A stretch of DNA of 64,000 nucleotides. Source: Gekko japonicus. Its lineage: Eukaryota. Location of the stretch: contig NW_015167624.1 of NCBI RefSeq assembly GCF_001447785.1, forward strand, positions 1 to 64,000, read 5' to 3'. Positions 53,891 through 64,000 of this stretch are shown here, in pieces. Position numbers and translations under genes: made by a program. The notes under the pieces were generated by a model. The model was given only the letters and a program-made list of their open reading frames with translations. It was not told the DNA's origin and made no database searches. Within the stretch, counting starts at the first letter, position 1, and each line of letters opens with the position of its first letter.

Positions 53891-54540
53891 GAGCCAGCAC
53901 GGAAGTCAAACTCAGCCCGGGGGGGGGGGAAACCCCTGCAAGCGATCTCTGCCGGTGCCAACTCTCCCGGGGCGCCCCGGAGCTCCCAGATGCAACCCGT
54001 CCGGGCCACTCACAGGAATCGCCTCCAGTCCGGAGCGTCCCAGCTGCTCAACGAGCTGGTCTTCCGCCTCTCGGGAAGCAGCGCCATGGCCGAGCCAACC
54101 CCCGCCGCTCCGGAGAAGCCCGCTCCACTGGCTCAGCCGCTCTCGCGGGCCTTTTATCGCCACGGGGTGGAGCGGCTCTTGGGAAAGGGGAAGCGGGCTG
54201 GGTGAGGCCGGCAGCCGCGGTCGTCGGAAGGCGTGTCCGGCCGCCCGCGGTGCCCGGCACGAGGGCAGGGCCACGGAAAGGCGCCGGGTGGCACGGCGGG
54301 CCGGCCCTGCGGGGTCGTTGTGAGTTCCGTGGCAGCCCGCCGGCGCCGAGTTTGTGCGGCAGCGTGGCTATTCCGGAGTCGATTCAGCAAGGCTCGCAGA
54401 AGCGCGCAGGGCGGCTATTTCTGGCCGCCGGCCGCATAATTTATTGATCAGGTCAAGGCAAGGGGCGAAGGGGCGCCCGGCACCGGAGCCGGGGAGAGTT
54501 TTCCAGCAGGGCGTGGGAGACGCTTCACTTGGAGTTGCGG
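53891..54540 (-). promoter_or_regulatory. second CpG island with GATAAAAG TATA-like box (54158-54151) and candidate coding first exon 54087-54014
   Basis: GC box, GATA-type TATA, gccATGG Kozak, 74-nt open reading stretch ending in a gtgagt donor. Confidence 0.55.
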
Positions 54541-55727
54541 TTGCCAGCTCCCGGTTGGGAAATTCCTGGGGGGGGGGGGGGGGGGGCGGTGGGGGAGGTG
54601 TAGTGGTTAAGGACTCTAATCTGGGAGAACCGGGTTTGATTCCCCACTCCTCCACATGCAGCCAGCTGGGTGACCTTGGGTCCATCACAGTTCTCTCAGA
54701 GCAGTTCTCTCAGGAGCAGTCCTCCAAAGAGCCAGGTTGGTGTAGTGGTTAAGTGCGCGGACTCTAATCTGGGAGAACCGGGTTTGAGTCCCCACGCCTC
54801 CACTCCCAGCTGCTGGATGACCTTGGGCAAGCCATAGTTCTGTCAGAGCTGTCCTTGAAAGAGCAATTATCTCAGAGCTCTCTCAGCCCCACCTGCCTCA
54901 CAGGGCGTCTGTTGTGGGGAGGGGGAGGGAAAGGAGTTTGTAAGCCGCTCTGAGGCTCCGAGTGAAGGTCGGGGTATAAAGCCAATCTCCTCCTCCTTCT
55001 CCCCCTTGTGTCCTGTGGGCCTTGCTCCCAGGAGAGTGTGCTTGAAAGGCCCAGAAGGAAGTCCAGGGAGATGTGGCGGCACTCTTAGAACTCTTCCCCC
55101 GCTCCGATTGAGTGGATTGAGAATTTAGATATTAGGGGGAGTGCCCAGTCAGTCTGCATTCAATGGGGCTTATTCCCAGGAAAGTGTGCTTGTGTACTGC
55201 AGCCATGGAGTCCACCCTCCACATCAGGTGGCTGTCCTGGGTTGCCAACTTTTCTCCCTTGCCCCTGTCGCTCTGCTTTGTAACCCCAACCTGATGCACT
55301 CTGAGTACCGCCGGCAACTTCTAAGTGGAGCCTGGAGATTTCCCGGAATCATAACTGATTTCTATCGGATAGCACCTTGAAGATTAACAAAATTTGTGGC
55401 AGGGGAGGGGCGTTCGTGAGTTACTGATCACTTCTTCTGAAAGCCACTTCTTCCGGTATCTGAAGAAGTGTGTGCCATGAATGCGATGCCAGGTACCGGA
55501 AAGCCAGTTTAGTGTAGTGGTTAAATGTGCAGACTCTAATCTGGGAGAGCCGGGTTTGATTCCCCACTCCTCTACTTGCACCTGCTGGATGATCTTGGGC
55601 AAGCCACGGTTCTGACAAGAGCTGTCTTTGAAAGGGCAGTTTCCCTCAGAGCTCTCTCAGCTCTGCCTACCTCAGAGGGTGTCTGTTGTGGGGAGGGGGG
55701 AGGGAAAGGAGTTTGTAAGCCGCTCTG

Positions 55728-55969
55728 TGTCAGAACCCACAGCCAACAACATAGTACACGCTTTCATGAAAAGGTAATACTTTATTGAAGAGCTATAGAT
55801 GCATTAACATAGGCACTGTTAAGAATGGCGGCCCTAATAGGATATAGGGTATTCCTATGCACCCCCCCCCCACTGCCCTGGCCAATTAGGCACCCTCCCG
55901 CGCGTGGGAGACAGCAAAGGCAATTAGAAGACAACTAACCTCCCCACCCCCATGGCAGTATAGCTGACA
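55728..55969. mobile_element. solo LTR inserted in a Squam3-like SINE
   Basis: TGTCAG...CTGACA termini and 5-bp TSD CTCTG. Confidence 0.8.
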
Positions 55970-56030
55970 CTCTGAGACTCCTTTGGGTAGTGAAGGGTGG
56001 GGTATAAATCCAATCTCTTCTTCTATAAAG

Positions 56031-56500
56031 CAGGGGTGGCCAAATTGCAGTTCGGGGGGCTCTTTCACACAGTCTAGTTTAATGTTAATAAAAAGCAGAT
56101 TTGCATATTTTTCAGTAGAAACGTGTGTGTGATATTTATTCATGTCTTGCGGCTCTCAAACATCTGACGTTTATTCTGCGTGGCTGTTACATCAAGCAAG
56201 TTTGGACAGCAGCTGGTAAGCTCCGAGTTGGTGCATCCTCACTGCAAGGCCCCATTGCAAAGGAAAACCTTTATGTACAAACTGGGGAGCCAGCGGTGCA
56301 GCACTGGGCAGATGCTCCCACACTGCCTGACTGCTACAGATGAGGTTGTTCTGCCATGCTGAAGCCACAATTGGAGTGGCTCCTCCCACTCCCCCCTCGA
56401 GCAGTCTCCTGTTCCTTCCCTTGTACTAGTTGCTCGCGGGCGGCATAAGAGCCCTGGGCGGGCCAGTTCCGGCCCCCGGGCCTTATGTTTGACACCCCTG
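56031..56500. mobile_element. hAT-Charlie-like MITE (related TIRs at about 8995-9360)
   Basis: TIR CAGGGGTG.CAAA; TSD ctataaag/ctctagag. Confidence 0.65.
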
Positions 56501-56779
56501 CTCTAGAGCCATTGAAATGAATGAGATTAAGTCTGGACAGCTAGATTGGAGTCCAGTAGCATCTTAGAGACCAGCAAGACTTTCAGGGTATGACCTTTGG
56601 AGAGTCAAAGCTCCCTTTGTTAGATACAAGCAAGAATAGAGATCAGAGCCCTTATATCACAGTTAGAAGGTGTGGGGTTTGTAGGAAAGAAGGACCTCGG
56701 GAATACAGAGGTACAATGCCAAACGTAATCAGCTCAATCAGAGCAGGGAAGAAGCACTTAGAAGTAAAAAAGTAGCATT

Positions 56780-57283
56780 TGTAGTGAGATGAAGATTCCG
56801 ACACCCAGCAAGAAGATCTGCACAAATTCTGCAAGCCCAAAATTTCACTTTAGGGAATGAACGGTTGCAAACATGGATGCAATCAGTTCCACCCGATACC
56901 CATAACCTGATAAACATCAAGAGGCCTGCAGGGTTTGACTTGCCATGTAAATTATGGAAGATGGCTAATAGACTATGAACAGGTTTTGGCAGCTGTGCAG
57001 ACCTGTTGGTTAAATGAGGGGGAAACACCAGGACCCGAATGCGATTGTGGTGCAGCCCGTCAAACTATTTCCCATCTGTCACAGAAATGTGAGCATCGTG
57101 CTTTCCAGGGAGATGTGACGGAGCTCTTTGAACTCTCCCCTGCTGCGATTGAGTGCATTGACATTTTAGATATTAATATGTAGGGGGATTGCCCAATCAA
57201 TCTGTATACCTGTTGTATCAACTCGGTTCCGTATTTTACATTATGCTTTCTGTGTGTAACTCTGCCATACGATACATAAATAA
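56780..57283 (+). mobile_element. Vingi/Ingi-type LINE 3' fragment
   Basis: Degenerate ORF end with CDCG..QTISH...C zinc knuckle; gccatacg...(TAAA) tail. Confidence 0.6.
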
Positions 57284-58115
57284 ATATAGTGTGGTAAGAA
57301 TCCTTTGTCCCTGTTCAGCCCTGGGGGGTACACTGTTCTTAACTTGTGAATGAGCTGAATTTCAGCAATTTCACCTCCCACCCCCTCCCACCCCCGCTGA
57401 AGTTCACCATCCTTACACGGCCCAGATCAAGAAGATTCTGGAGACCTAATGACACCAGCTTGAAATCTATGTATACGAATAGCCTGACCTGCTTTTCAAT
57501 CTATGCTGTTATAAACTGGTTTAATTGTTCCGGAAATTATATTGATATAGGTATGACATTTTTATGATAGGTTTTAGATTTTGTTCTGTGATCTGCCCTG
57601 AACCCACTTGCAGGGAGGACAGAAGATAAATTGAAACAGATAAATAAATAACAAATAAAATATTCTCCCCCTGAAGCTTCTCCCTTTGAGGACTGCTGCT
57701 CTTAGGTCAGCGATGGAACTACCAGGAAGATTAAAATCCTCTCCCACTATGCGTGGTTTTGAATGTCAGATTTGTATGAAGACCAGTGTTCCCTCTAAAC
57801 TGAGTTAGTGTGAGATCGCTCACATGTTTTTAGCCTCTGGCTCATGCATTTTTGTCTCCGCTCAGGAAGGGGATGGCTCCAGAGCAAACTAATTCATGCA
57901 GTCACCAAATCGCTTGCTCACCACTTTAACGCCAGTAGCTCAGAAAACAGAATTTTTGCTCACAAGACTCCACAGCTTAGAGGAAGCATTAAGACTGGAG
58001 CCACTTTGTATAGGATGGCCCTGCTGATCTTTGAGAACTGCTACGCAACCCATCTGAATTTAATGCTGCAAGCCCTTAATTGAGTCAGCGTCACTGAGCT
58101 CAGTGGGGTTCTCTT

Positions 58116-58309
58116 TAGGGTTGCCAGGTCTGGGTTGGAAAATACCTGGAGACTTTGGGGGTGGAGCCAGGAGACGGAGGGGTTTGGGGGCCTCAGCATG
58201 GTACAATGCCATAGAGCACCCTTTCTCCAGGGGAGCTGATCTCTGACAGTTGAAGATCAATAGTAAAAGCGGGATATCTCCAGGCCCCACCTGGAGGCTG
58301 GCAACCCTA
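58116..58309. mobile_element. hAT MITE (TIR TAGGGTTGCCA); many partial copies across the window
   Basis: Perfect 8-bp TSD GTTCTCTT. Confidence 0.85.
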
Positions 58310-58469
58310 GTTCTCTTCCAAGGAAACAGGCATAGAGATGAGCAGAAAGCGCCCCGCCCCATCTGTTCCAGCCCCTCCCCGTATTTGCACCAGGGAGGTC
58401 TCCTTCAAGGGCTTGCGGCTTCTCACTGTACTGACACTTCAGGTTCGCAAGAGTTGGGAGGGATGGCCT

Positions 58470-58830
58470 AACAGGAATCGGAAGTGGGTTTGCCATAGCA
58501 TCCGGGCACTGTTTCCCCGAGAACGGGTGAGACCACGCCTTAGGGGCGGTGCCTTGCGTTCCTCCCTCCCCTTTCTTCTCGCCAACGGCGTCCTTTCTCA
58601 TAAGCCCCACAGTCGCGTCTTTCCGACCTTTCCAAGATGGCGGCCGAAAAGCAGTCGCCTCGGCTTCCGTCCTCCCGCCTGTCCAATCGCTTTGCACCAT
58701 CACGCCATTAAGGCGGGGTTTTCTTCGGTATCCGGAGACGTGATTGGAGCGCTGGGCGGGCGGAGGAATTGAATAAAAGGGCGCGAGAAGGGGGGAAACG
58801 GTGGTTTGTTTTTGTGTCGGTGTAAGAATG
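58470..58830 (+). promoter_or_regulatory. CpG island / ZWINT promoter with CCAAT boxes, YY1, ETS and CDE/CHR-like element
   Basis: CCAAT 58683, ATTGG 58743, GGCGG-N4-ATTGAA 58759-58773, CAAGATGGCGGC about 58633, CGGAAGT about 58478. Confidence 0.7.
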
Positions 58831-58865
58831 GAGAGAAGCGTAGAAGTGGGAGAAACGGCCGTGGG
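58828..58865 (+). CDS. ZWINT: ZWINT exon 1 (MERSVEVGETAV)
   Basis: agaATGG Kozak; gtgagt donor, phase 2 matches next exon. Confidence 0.65.
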
Positions 58866-60020
58866 GTGAGTTATTCAGGACTACGCCTTGTAGAGCAGGG
58901 CTCTGGTTTATTTTTTCTTCCCACCACCCACCCCTTGGAAATAGTGGTATCTTCCAATACACAGAGTGCGGGGTTCCATGGGCTTATCCATTAGATGTGG
59001 GTGGAGGGGTTGATAACTTCTTTGCGGGGCTTGAAAGCAGTGTCCTAGTGCTGTGGCTGCAATACGCCCTAGAACGGTCTTGGCCTTTTGTGCTGCAGCA
59101 AGACAAAAACTGGCTCATATTTATTATAATCAAGCAAATGTATAGAAGGGGATTTCCCCCCCCCCCCGTTCTGTTTATTTATTTAACTTTTTTATTCCCC
59201 TGCCTTTCTCCCCAGTGGGGACCCCGAGCAGTTTGTGTCTTGCTCATCTTCTCCATTTTATCCTTATCACCTGTGAGGTAGGTCAGGCTGGGAATATGTC
59301 ACTGGCTCAGGGCTACCCGGTGAGCTTCTGTGGCAGAGTGTGGATTTGAAGTTGAACCTGGGTTTCTCGGATCCTGGTCTGACACTCTGGCTATGACACC
59401 ATACAGGTAGGTAGGGTGGCTTTCGTACCTGCATCCCAGGAAACCTCGGGGCTCCTTGAAGGATAGCCAAGCCTGGCCTGGGGAATGCCTGGAGATTTGG
59501 GGGGAAGGATTTGTGGAGGGCGAAGTCTGAGGAGGGATTCCACCTGGGGTTTGTGGTATACCATAGAGTCTGCCCTGCAAAGCTGCTGTGTTCTACATGG
59601 GAATTGATATCTGTAGCCAGGGATTCCAGGAAGACTCCAGGTCTCTCTTGGAGGGTGGCAGCCCTGGGCTTAGAAGACATGAAGCGACTGGTAATGGCAA
59701 GCCAGCTGTCCTAACAGACTAGTAGCTGTGGGCAAGCTAATTTTCCTTTGGAAGGCATAGCCAGTGTTAAGGATTGCTGGTGCCGTACTGGGAAGTTCCT
59801 GGAGATTTCGGAGCAGTGTCTTGGGGATGGCCATGTTTGGTGTGGGATCTCGGAAGGGACGTGATGCCATAGAGTCCGTGCTCCAAAGCTGCCATGACCT
59901 CCAGGAAAACTGAGATCATTCTGAAGACCAGCCATGGTGCCTGACTAAAGGGAACCTCCACAGTTAGAGGCAGTCAACCTCTGAATTCCAGTGCCAGGAG
60001 GCAACATTAGGGGAAATTGT

Positions 60021-60610
60021 TGGCCCTCCAGAGGAGCTGGTTGGCCACTGGGTGAGACAGGATGCTGGACTAGATGGACCTCTGGTCTGATCCAGTGGGG
60101 CTCTCTTTTGAAGACCTTGGCCTCTCTGCCTTGTTGTTGGCCCTCCAGAGGGACTGGCTGGCCATGGTGTGGGTCCTAGCCTTGATACCGGATGCTGGTC
60201 CAGATGAATCTCTGGTCTGATCCAGCAGGGCTTTCTTATGAAGGCCTCGGCCTCTCTGCCCTGTTGCTGGCCCTCCAGAGGGACTGGGTGGCCACCGGTG
60301 AGACAGGATGCTGGACTAGATGGACCTCTGGTCTGATCCAGTGGGGCTCTCTTATGAAGACCTTGGCCTCTCTGCCTTGTTGTTGGCCCTCCAGAGGGAC
60401 TGGCTGGCCATGGTGTGGGTCCTAGCCTTGATACCGGATGCTGGTCCAGATGAATCTCTGGTCTGATCCAGCAGGGCTTTCTTATGAAGGCCTCGGCCTC
60501 TCTGCCCTGTTGTTGGCCCTCCAGAGGGACTGGGCAGCCACTGGTGAGACAGGATGCTGGACTAGATGGATCTCTGGTCCGATCCAGTAGGGCTCTTCTG
60601 ATGTTCTTGT
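60021..60610 (+). repeat. higher-order tandem array of CR1 3'-UTR-like units (A-B-A-B-A)
   Basis: Unit starts at 60021, 60138, 60268, 60384 and 60514 (spacing 117/130/116/130). Confidence 0.8.
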
Positions 60611-61757
60611 GTAATTCCAGGGGGACTCTAGGCCCCACCTAAAGTTGACAACCGTAGCCACAATTAGATGTGTTTTAGGAGGCATGCTTGGTTAATGTGG
60701 GGCATCGGCGAAGTCTCAAACGCCTCGTGAGTAAGATGCGTGGATTCTGCATATCGGTCTTCAACTTTCCCAGGCTCCACTGGCCTGCAGATATTGGAGG
60801 CAGTCACATGACGGGAAGGGGGGGAGGCAGCATGATGTCTGCACCGGTATCAAGGCTAGGACCCAAAGATCTAGGGCCAGAAAACGCATGCCAAGGGCTG
60901 GGAGGGATACTCTGGTGGTGGCCCTTGGCTTGCTGCTCTCTGTAAAGGAATCCTCTCCATTGGCTGTTTGGTTTGGCCGCTCTTCTCGTCATGCTATGGC
61001 AAGCGTCCGAAGGCTTTGATGTTTTTGGTCTCTGTGCCGCCGGTCGTCTCGGAGCCAGCCACTCCACCGGAGCTTGCACCTCTCAGGAGGAGCACCATGA
61101 CCTGCCTCAGGGCCCCGATCCATGGGGTGAAGACCACCTCCCTAGAACACGCCCCGGGGTCTTCTCCCTGTGTACAGCTGCCCCTTTCTGTGGAACTCCT
61201 CTACCAAGATACCAAGGTGGTAGGAGAACCGTCTTCAAGTCCTTGAAGGGCTGTCATTGAGTGAATGGTGTGGTTTCCCGTTGCCCCAGAAGTGTCGGAC
61301 CAGAACCGACGGGTTGAAATTAGTTTTCGGCTAAACGTTTGGAAGAACTTCCTGACTGAGCGGTTCCTCGGTGGAACAGGCTTCCTCGGGAGGTGGCGGG
61401 CTCTCCTTGTTTGGAGGTTTTCAAGCAAAATAGCCATCTGACAGCAATGCTGATTCTGTGAACTTCGGCAGACCATGAGAGGGAGGGCAGGAAGGGTTGC
61501 AGGATAAGTGCTTAGTTCTCGTGGCCCTTTCTTACACGCCCACAGAAATGCCAATCGCCACTTTGGGGTCAGGAAGCAATTTTTCTCCAGGCCAGTTTGG
61601 CTGGAGATCCTGGAGGGTTTTTTGTCCGTCTTCTGGGAATGGAAGGGTCGCTGGGTGTGTGTGTGTGTGGGGGGAGGTATTTGTGGATTTTCTGCATTGT
61701 GCAGGGGGTTGGACTAGATGACCCTGGAGGTCCCTTCCAGCTCTATGATATATTCAT

Positions 61758-61769
61758 TCTCTCTCTCTG

Positions 61770-61810
<41 letters not shown>

Positions 61811-61837
61811 GTCTCTGTCTCTCTCTGTCTCTCTCTC
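61758..61837. repeat. (CT)n/(CTGT)n microsatellite in ZWINT intron 1
   Basis: Direct inspection. Confidence 0.9.
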
Positions 61838-61897
61838 AGGTCTGAAATTTACTGTTCTAGTATCCCTTGACATTATTATCGCTTACACCTTCTTCAG

Positions 61898-61997
61898 GCT
61901 CCTGGCTCGGCTGAAGGACGTACTTGCCTTCGAGGACCACACCAAAGATGGGGCAGAGGCTGAGCTGCCCGTCAAAGTCTGGGCTGAGCATGCAGTG
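61898..61997 (+). CDS. ZWINT: ZWINT exon 2 (LLARLKDVLAFEDHTKDGAEAELPVKVWAEHAV)
   Basis: cttcag acceptor, gtgagt donor. Confidence 0.8.
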
Positions 61998-62302
61998 GTG
62001 AGTGTCAGTCCCATTTTGATACCCCCCCCCCAGAGCAGGGGTCCCCAACGTAGCGCCCCTGGGCACCATGGAACCATGAAACTTTAGGAAGCGGGTGGGG
62101 GGCAGGCGGGGCCCTTTCCAGGAGAGCATCTGATTGTCTGTGTAGATTCAGATAATCGTTCAGCGACAGCGGCCATCGTGATGTTGGTCTTATTCCCTCG
62201 CTGTTCTTGCTGTGGCCGGCTCAAAGAGGCAGTGGTGGTGGGGGAGCTCCTTGGGCCTGCCGTGTGCTGACGCAGCCCCTCCCTTTGGTGCGTGGGTCCC
62301 AG

Positions 62303-62414
62303 AACACCAGAAAGACGCACAAGCTGCTGCTCAGCCAGCTGCAAGTGGTGAAGTTCCTCCTGGATTTCCTCGACTCTGACATCAGTGTCCAAGATGCCTC
62401 TTCTGCGGACGTTC
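62303..62414 (+). CDS. ZWINT: ZWINT exon 3 (NTRKTHKLLLSQLQVVKFLLDFLDSDISVQDASSADV)
   Basis: tcccag acceptor, gtgagt donor. Confidence 0.82.
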
Positions 62415-62977
62415 GTGAGTATGGACGCTGCTTTGTTCGGGGTTGGTGGCTGGGTGTATAATCTGATGGGAGGGGGGTGTTTCTCCTCTATTTTCCTGTT
62501 TGGGGTAGCGGTTAAGTGCGCCGACTCTAATCTGGGAGAACCAGGGTTTGGTTCCCCACTCCTCCAGTTGCAGCTGCTGGGTGACCTTGGGTCAGTCACA
62601 AGTTCTCCCAGAGCTGTTCCCTCAGGAGCAGTCCTCGAAAGAGCTCTCTCGGCCCCACCTCCCTCCCAGGGTGTCTGTTGTGGGGAGAGGAAGGGAGAGA
62701 AGATTGTAAACTGCTCTGAGGCTCCTTCGGGGAAGGAAGGACGGGATATAAACCCAGTCTCTTCCCTCTCTCTCCTTTTTCTTGAGGAATTCTGCTTTAA
62801 GGAACGCCCTGGTTAAAGGGACAGCAGCCCTGCTCTTTGCAACTTTGGGTTAGATGAGTTCAGCTTGCCGGTTCATGTGCTTGGGCTGGAGCCAGGGGCT
62901 TCTGGCATGGCACCTAAAGCCCAAGCCCCCCCCCCCCCCCCCCCCCCCAAAAAAAAACCCGGGCTTCTCTGCTGCAG

Positions 62978-63144
62978 GGAAGGAGATGCAAGAAGCCAAG
63001 CAGCAGTGGAAGGCCCTCAAGGCCGAGTACCAGGAGAAGGTCGAGGCCATCGAGGAAGCCGTGCCGCACACCCTGGCCAAGCTCAAGGAGGCGCACCGCA
63101 GGGCCCAGCTCTTGGAGGAGACGCTGGGGCGCTACCGAGCCAAG
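62978..63144 (+). CDS. ZWINT: ZWINT exon 4, coiled coil (KEMQEAKQQWKALKAEYQEKVEAIEE...LGRYRAK)
   Basis: ctgcag acceptor; weak donor gtccat. Confidence 0.8.
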
Positions 63145-64000
63145 GTCCATTTCTCTCGTTTCGGGGCAGCCGTGGGGAATCGCACTGAGATTGCCAGTGT
63201 TCTGTGGTTAAAATAAATGGGTGATGTCCAAGATACATCCTGTGTGTTCCCTCTAAGCTGAGTTAGTGGGAGCCAGCTCAGTTTTTTAGCCTCCAGCTCA
63301 CGCATTTTTGCCTCCGCTCAGGAAGGAGCGGCGCCAGAGCAGACTAAATTGATGCAGCAGCCAGATCGATCGCTCACACAGCTTTCATGCCGGCAGCTCA
63401 CAAAGGTAGAATTTTTGCTCACAAGACTCCACAGCTTAGAGGGAGCATTGGGGATTTCTGCTGGGGAGAAATGTTTGGGCTATACATGAGTGGGACGGAC
63501 TTCTGAAGAATGAAATAATTTTTCCTCGTTGGCTACAACCCCACCCCCCCTTAAATCAGGGGTCCCCAATGTGGTGCCGGTGGGTGTCATGGTGGGTGGG
63601 ACGTTTGCCCAGCAGGCTTCCGATCAAGTTCAAGGTGTCAGCGTTGGCTTTCAAGGCTCTGAGCGGCCAGGGGCCCACCTATCTTCAGGACCTCCTCTCT
63701 CAGAACGCCCCCAGATGAGTGTTATGCTCAGGAACTAAGAACCTCTTGGTGGTCCCCCGGCCCGAGAGAGATCCGGCTTTCTGGCCCCGGCCTGGTGGGA
63801 CGCTCTGCCGGAGAACACCCACCCCGTGCAGGATCTGTTACCTTTCCACGGGGATCGCAAGGCAGAGACGTTCTGCCTGGCATTCGGCTGGGGACAGCGA
63901 CGGTACAGTATGAGGTCTGGCACTCTCATATCCTCCCCCCCCATATTCCCCCCCGGGGGGGGGGGCTGTGAAAATTTCGTCATTAAACTGTTTTCTGCCC

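Larger units (their letters stand above)
58828..63144 (+). other. ZWINT: ZWINT-like gene (ZW10 interactor, outer kinetochore), 5' portion; continues past window
   Basis: Four phase-compatible exons; EAELPVK, KLLLSQLQV and AKQQWKALKAEYQEKVEAI resemble ZWINT motifs. Confidence 0.8.

Noticed and set aside
53891-54200. Structured Pol III RNA gene such as RNase P or MRP
   Set aside because: No recognisable conserved motifs or oligo-T terminator; better explained as a Pol II first exon
50364-54447. Long ORFs (190-405 aa) in the ORF track
   Set aside because: They run through N-gaps and GC-rich promoter DNA; artefacts
59964-60638. 224-aa repetitive ORF
   Set aside because: Translation of the CR1-derived tandem array
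60650-61250. Possible DIRS-type gag remnant on the minus strand
   Set aside because: Only a vague peptide resemblance; cannot be supported without a search

Overview
Vertebrate genomic DNA, very probably a squamate reptile and most likely a gecko, judging from dense Squam3-type and Sauria SINEs plus CR1, BovB, L2, Vingi and Penelope fragments. It has four N-gaps (16778-16876, 40793-41118, 50414-50926, 53277-53890). Four spliced protein-coding genes can be built by hand: (1) the last five coding exons of WAS (+, 75-10904), with an apparent frameshift in a poly-C tract; (2) complete SUV39H1 (+, 16747-28381, 6 exons, 414 aa); (3) WDR13 (-, 49033-33534), with one exon missing, probably in the 40793-41118 gap; (4) the first four exons of a ZWINT orthologue (+, 58828 to beyond 63144). 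Most long ORFs in the supplied track are repeat-derived or gap artefacts. The most interesting observations are: tandem Penelope-type minimal hammerhead ribozyme units, some in the sense orientation of a WDR13 intron; a separate CpG island with a GATA-type TATA box and a candidate first exon that would splice in frame to give an N-terminally extended WDR13; a CR1 LINE inserted a few nt past a WDR13 donor, in frame with the exon; a duplicated decoy 3' splice site in WDR13; and gene order that differs from human Xp11.23. Repeat family names are from memory of consensus sequences, not database searches.
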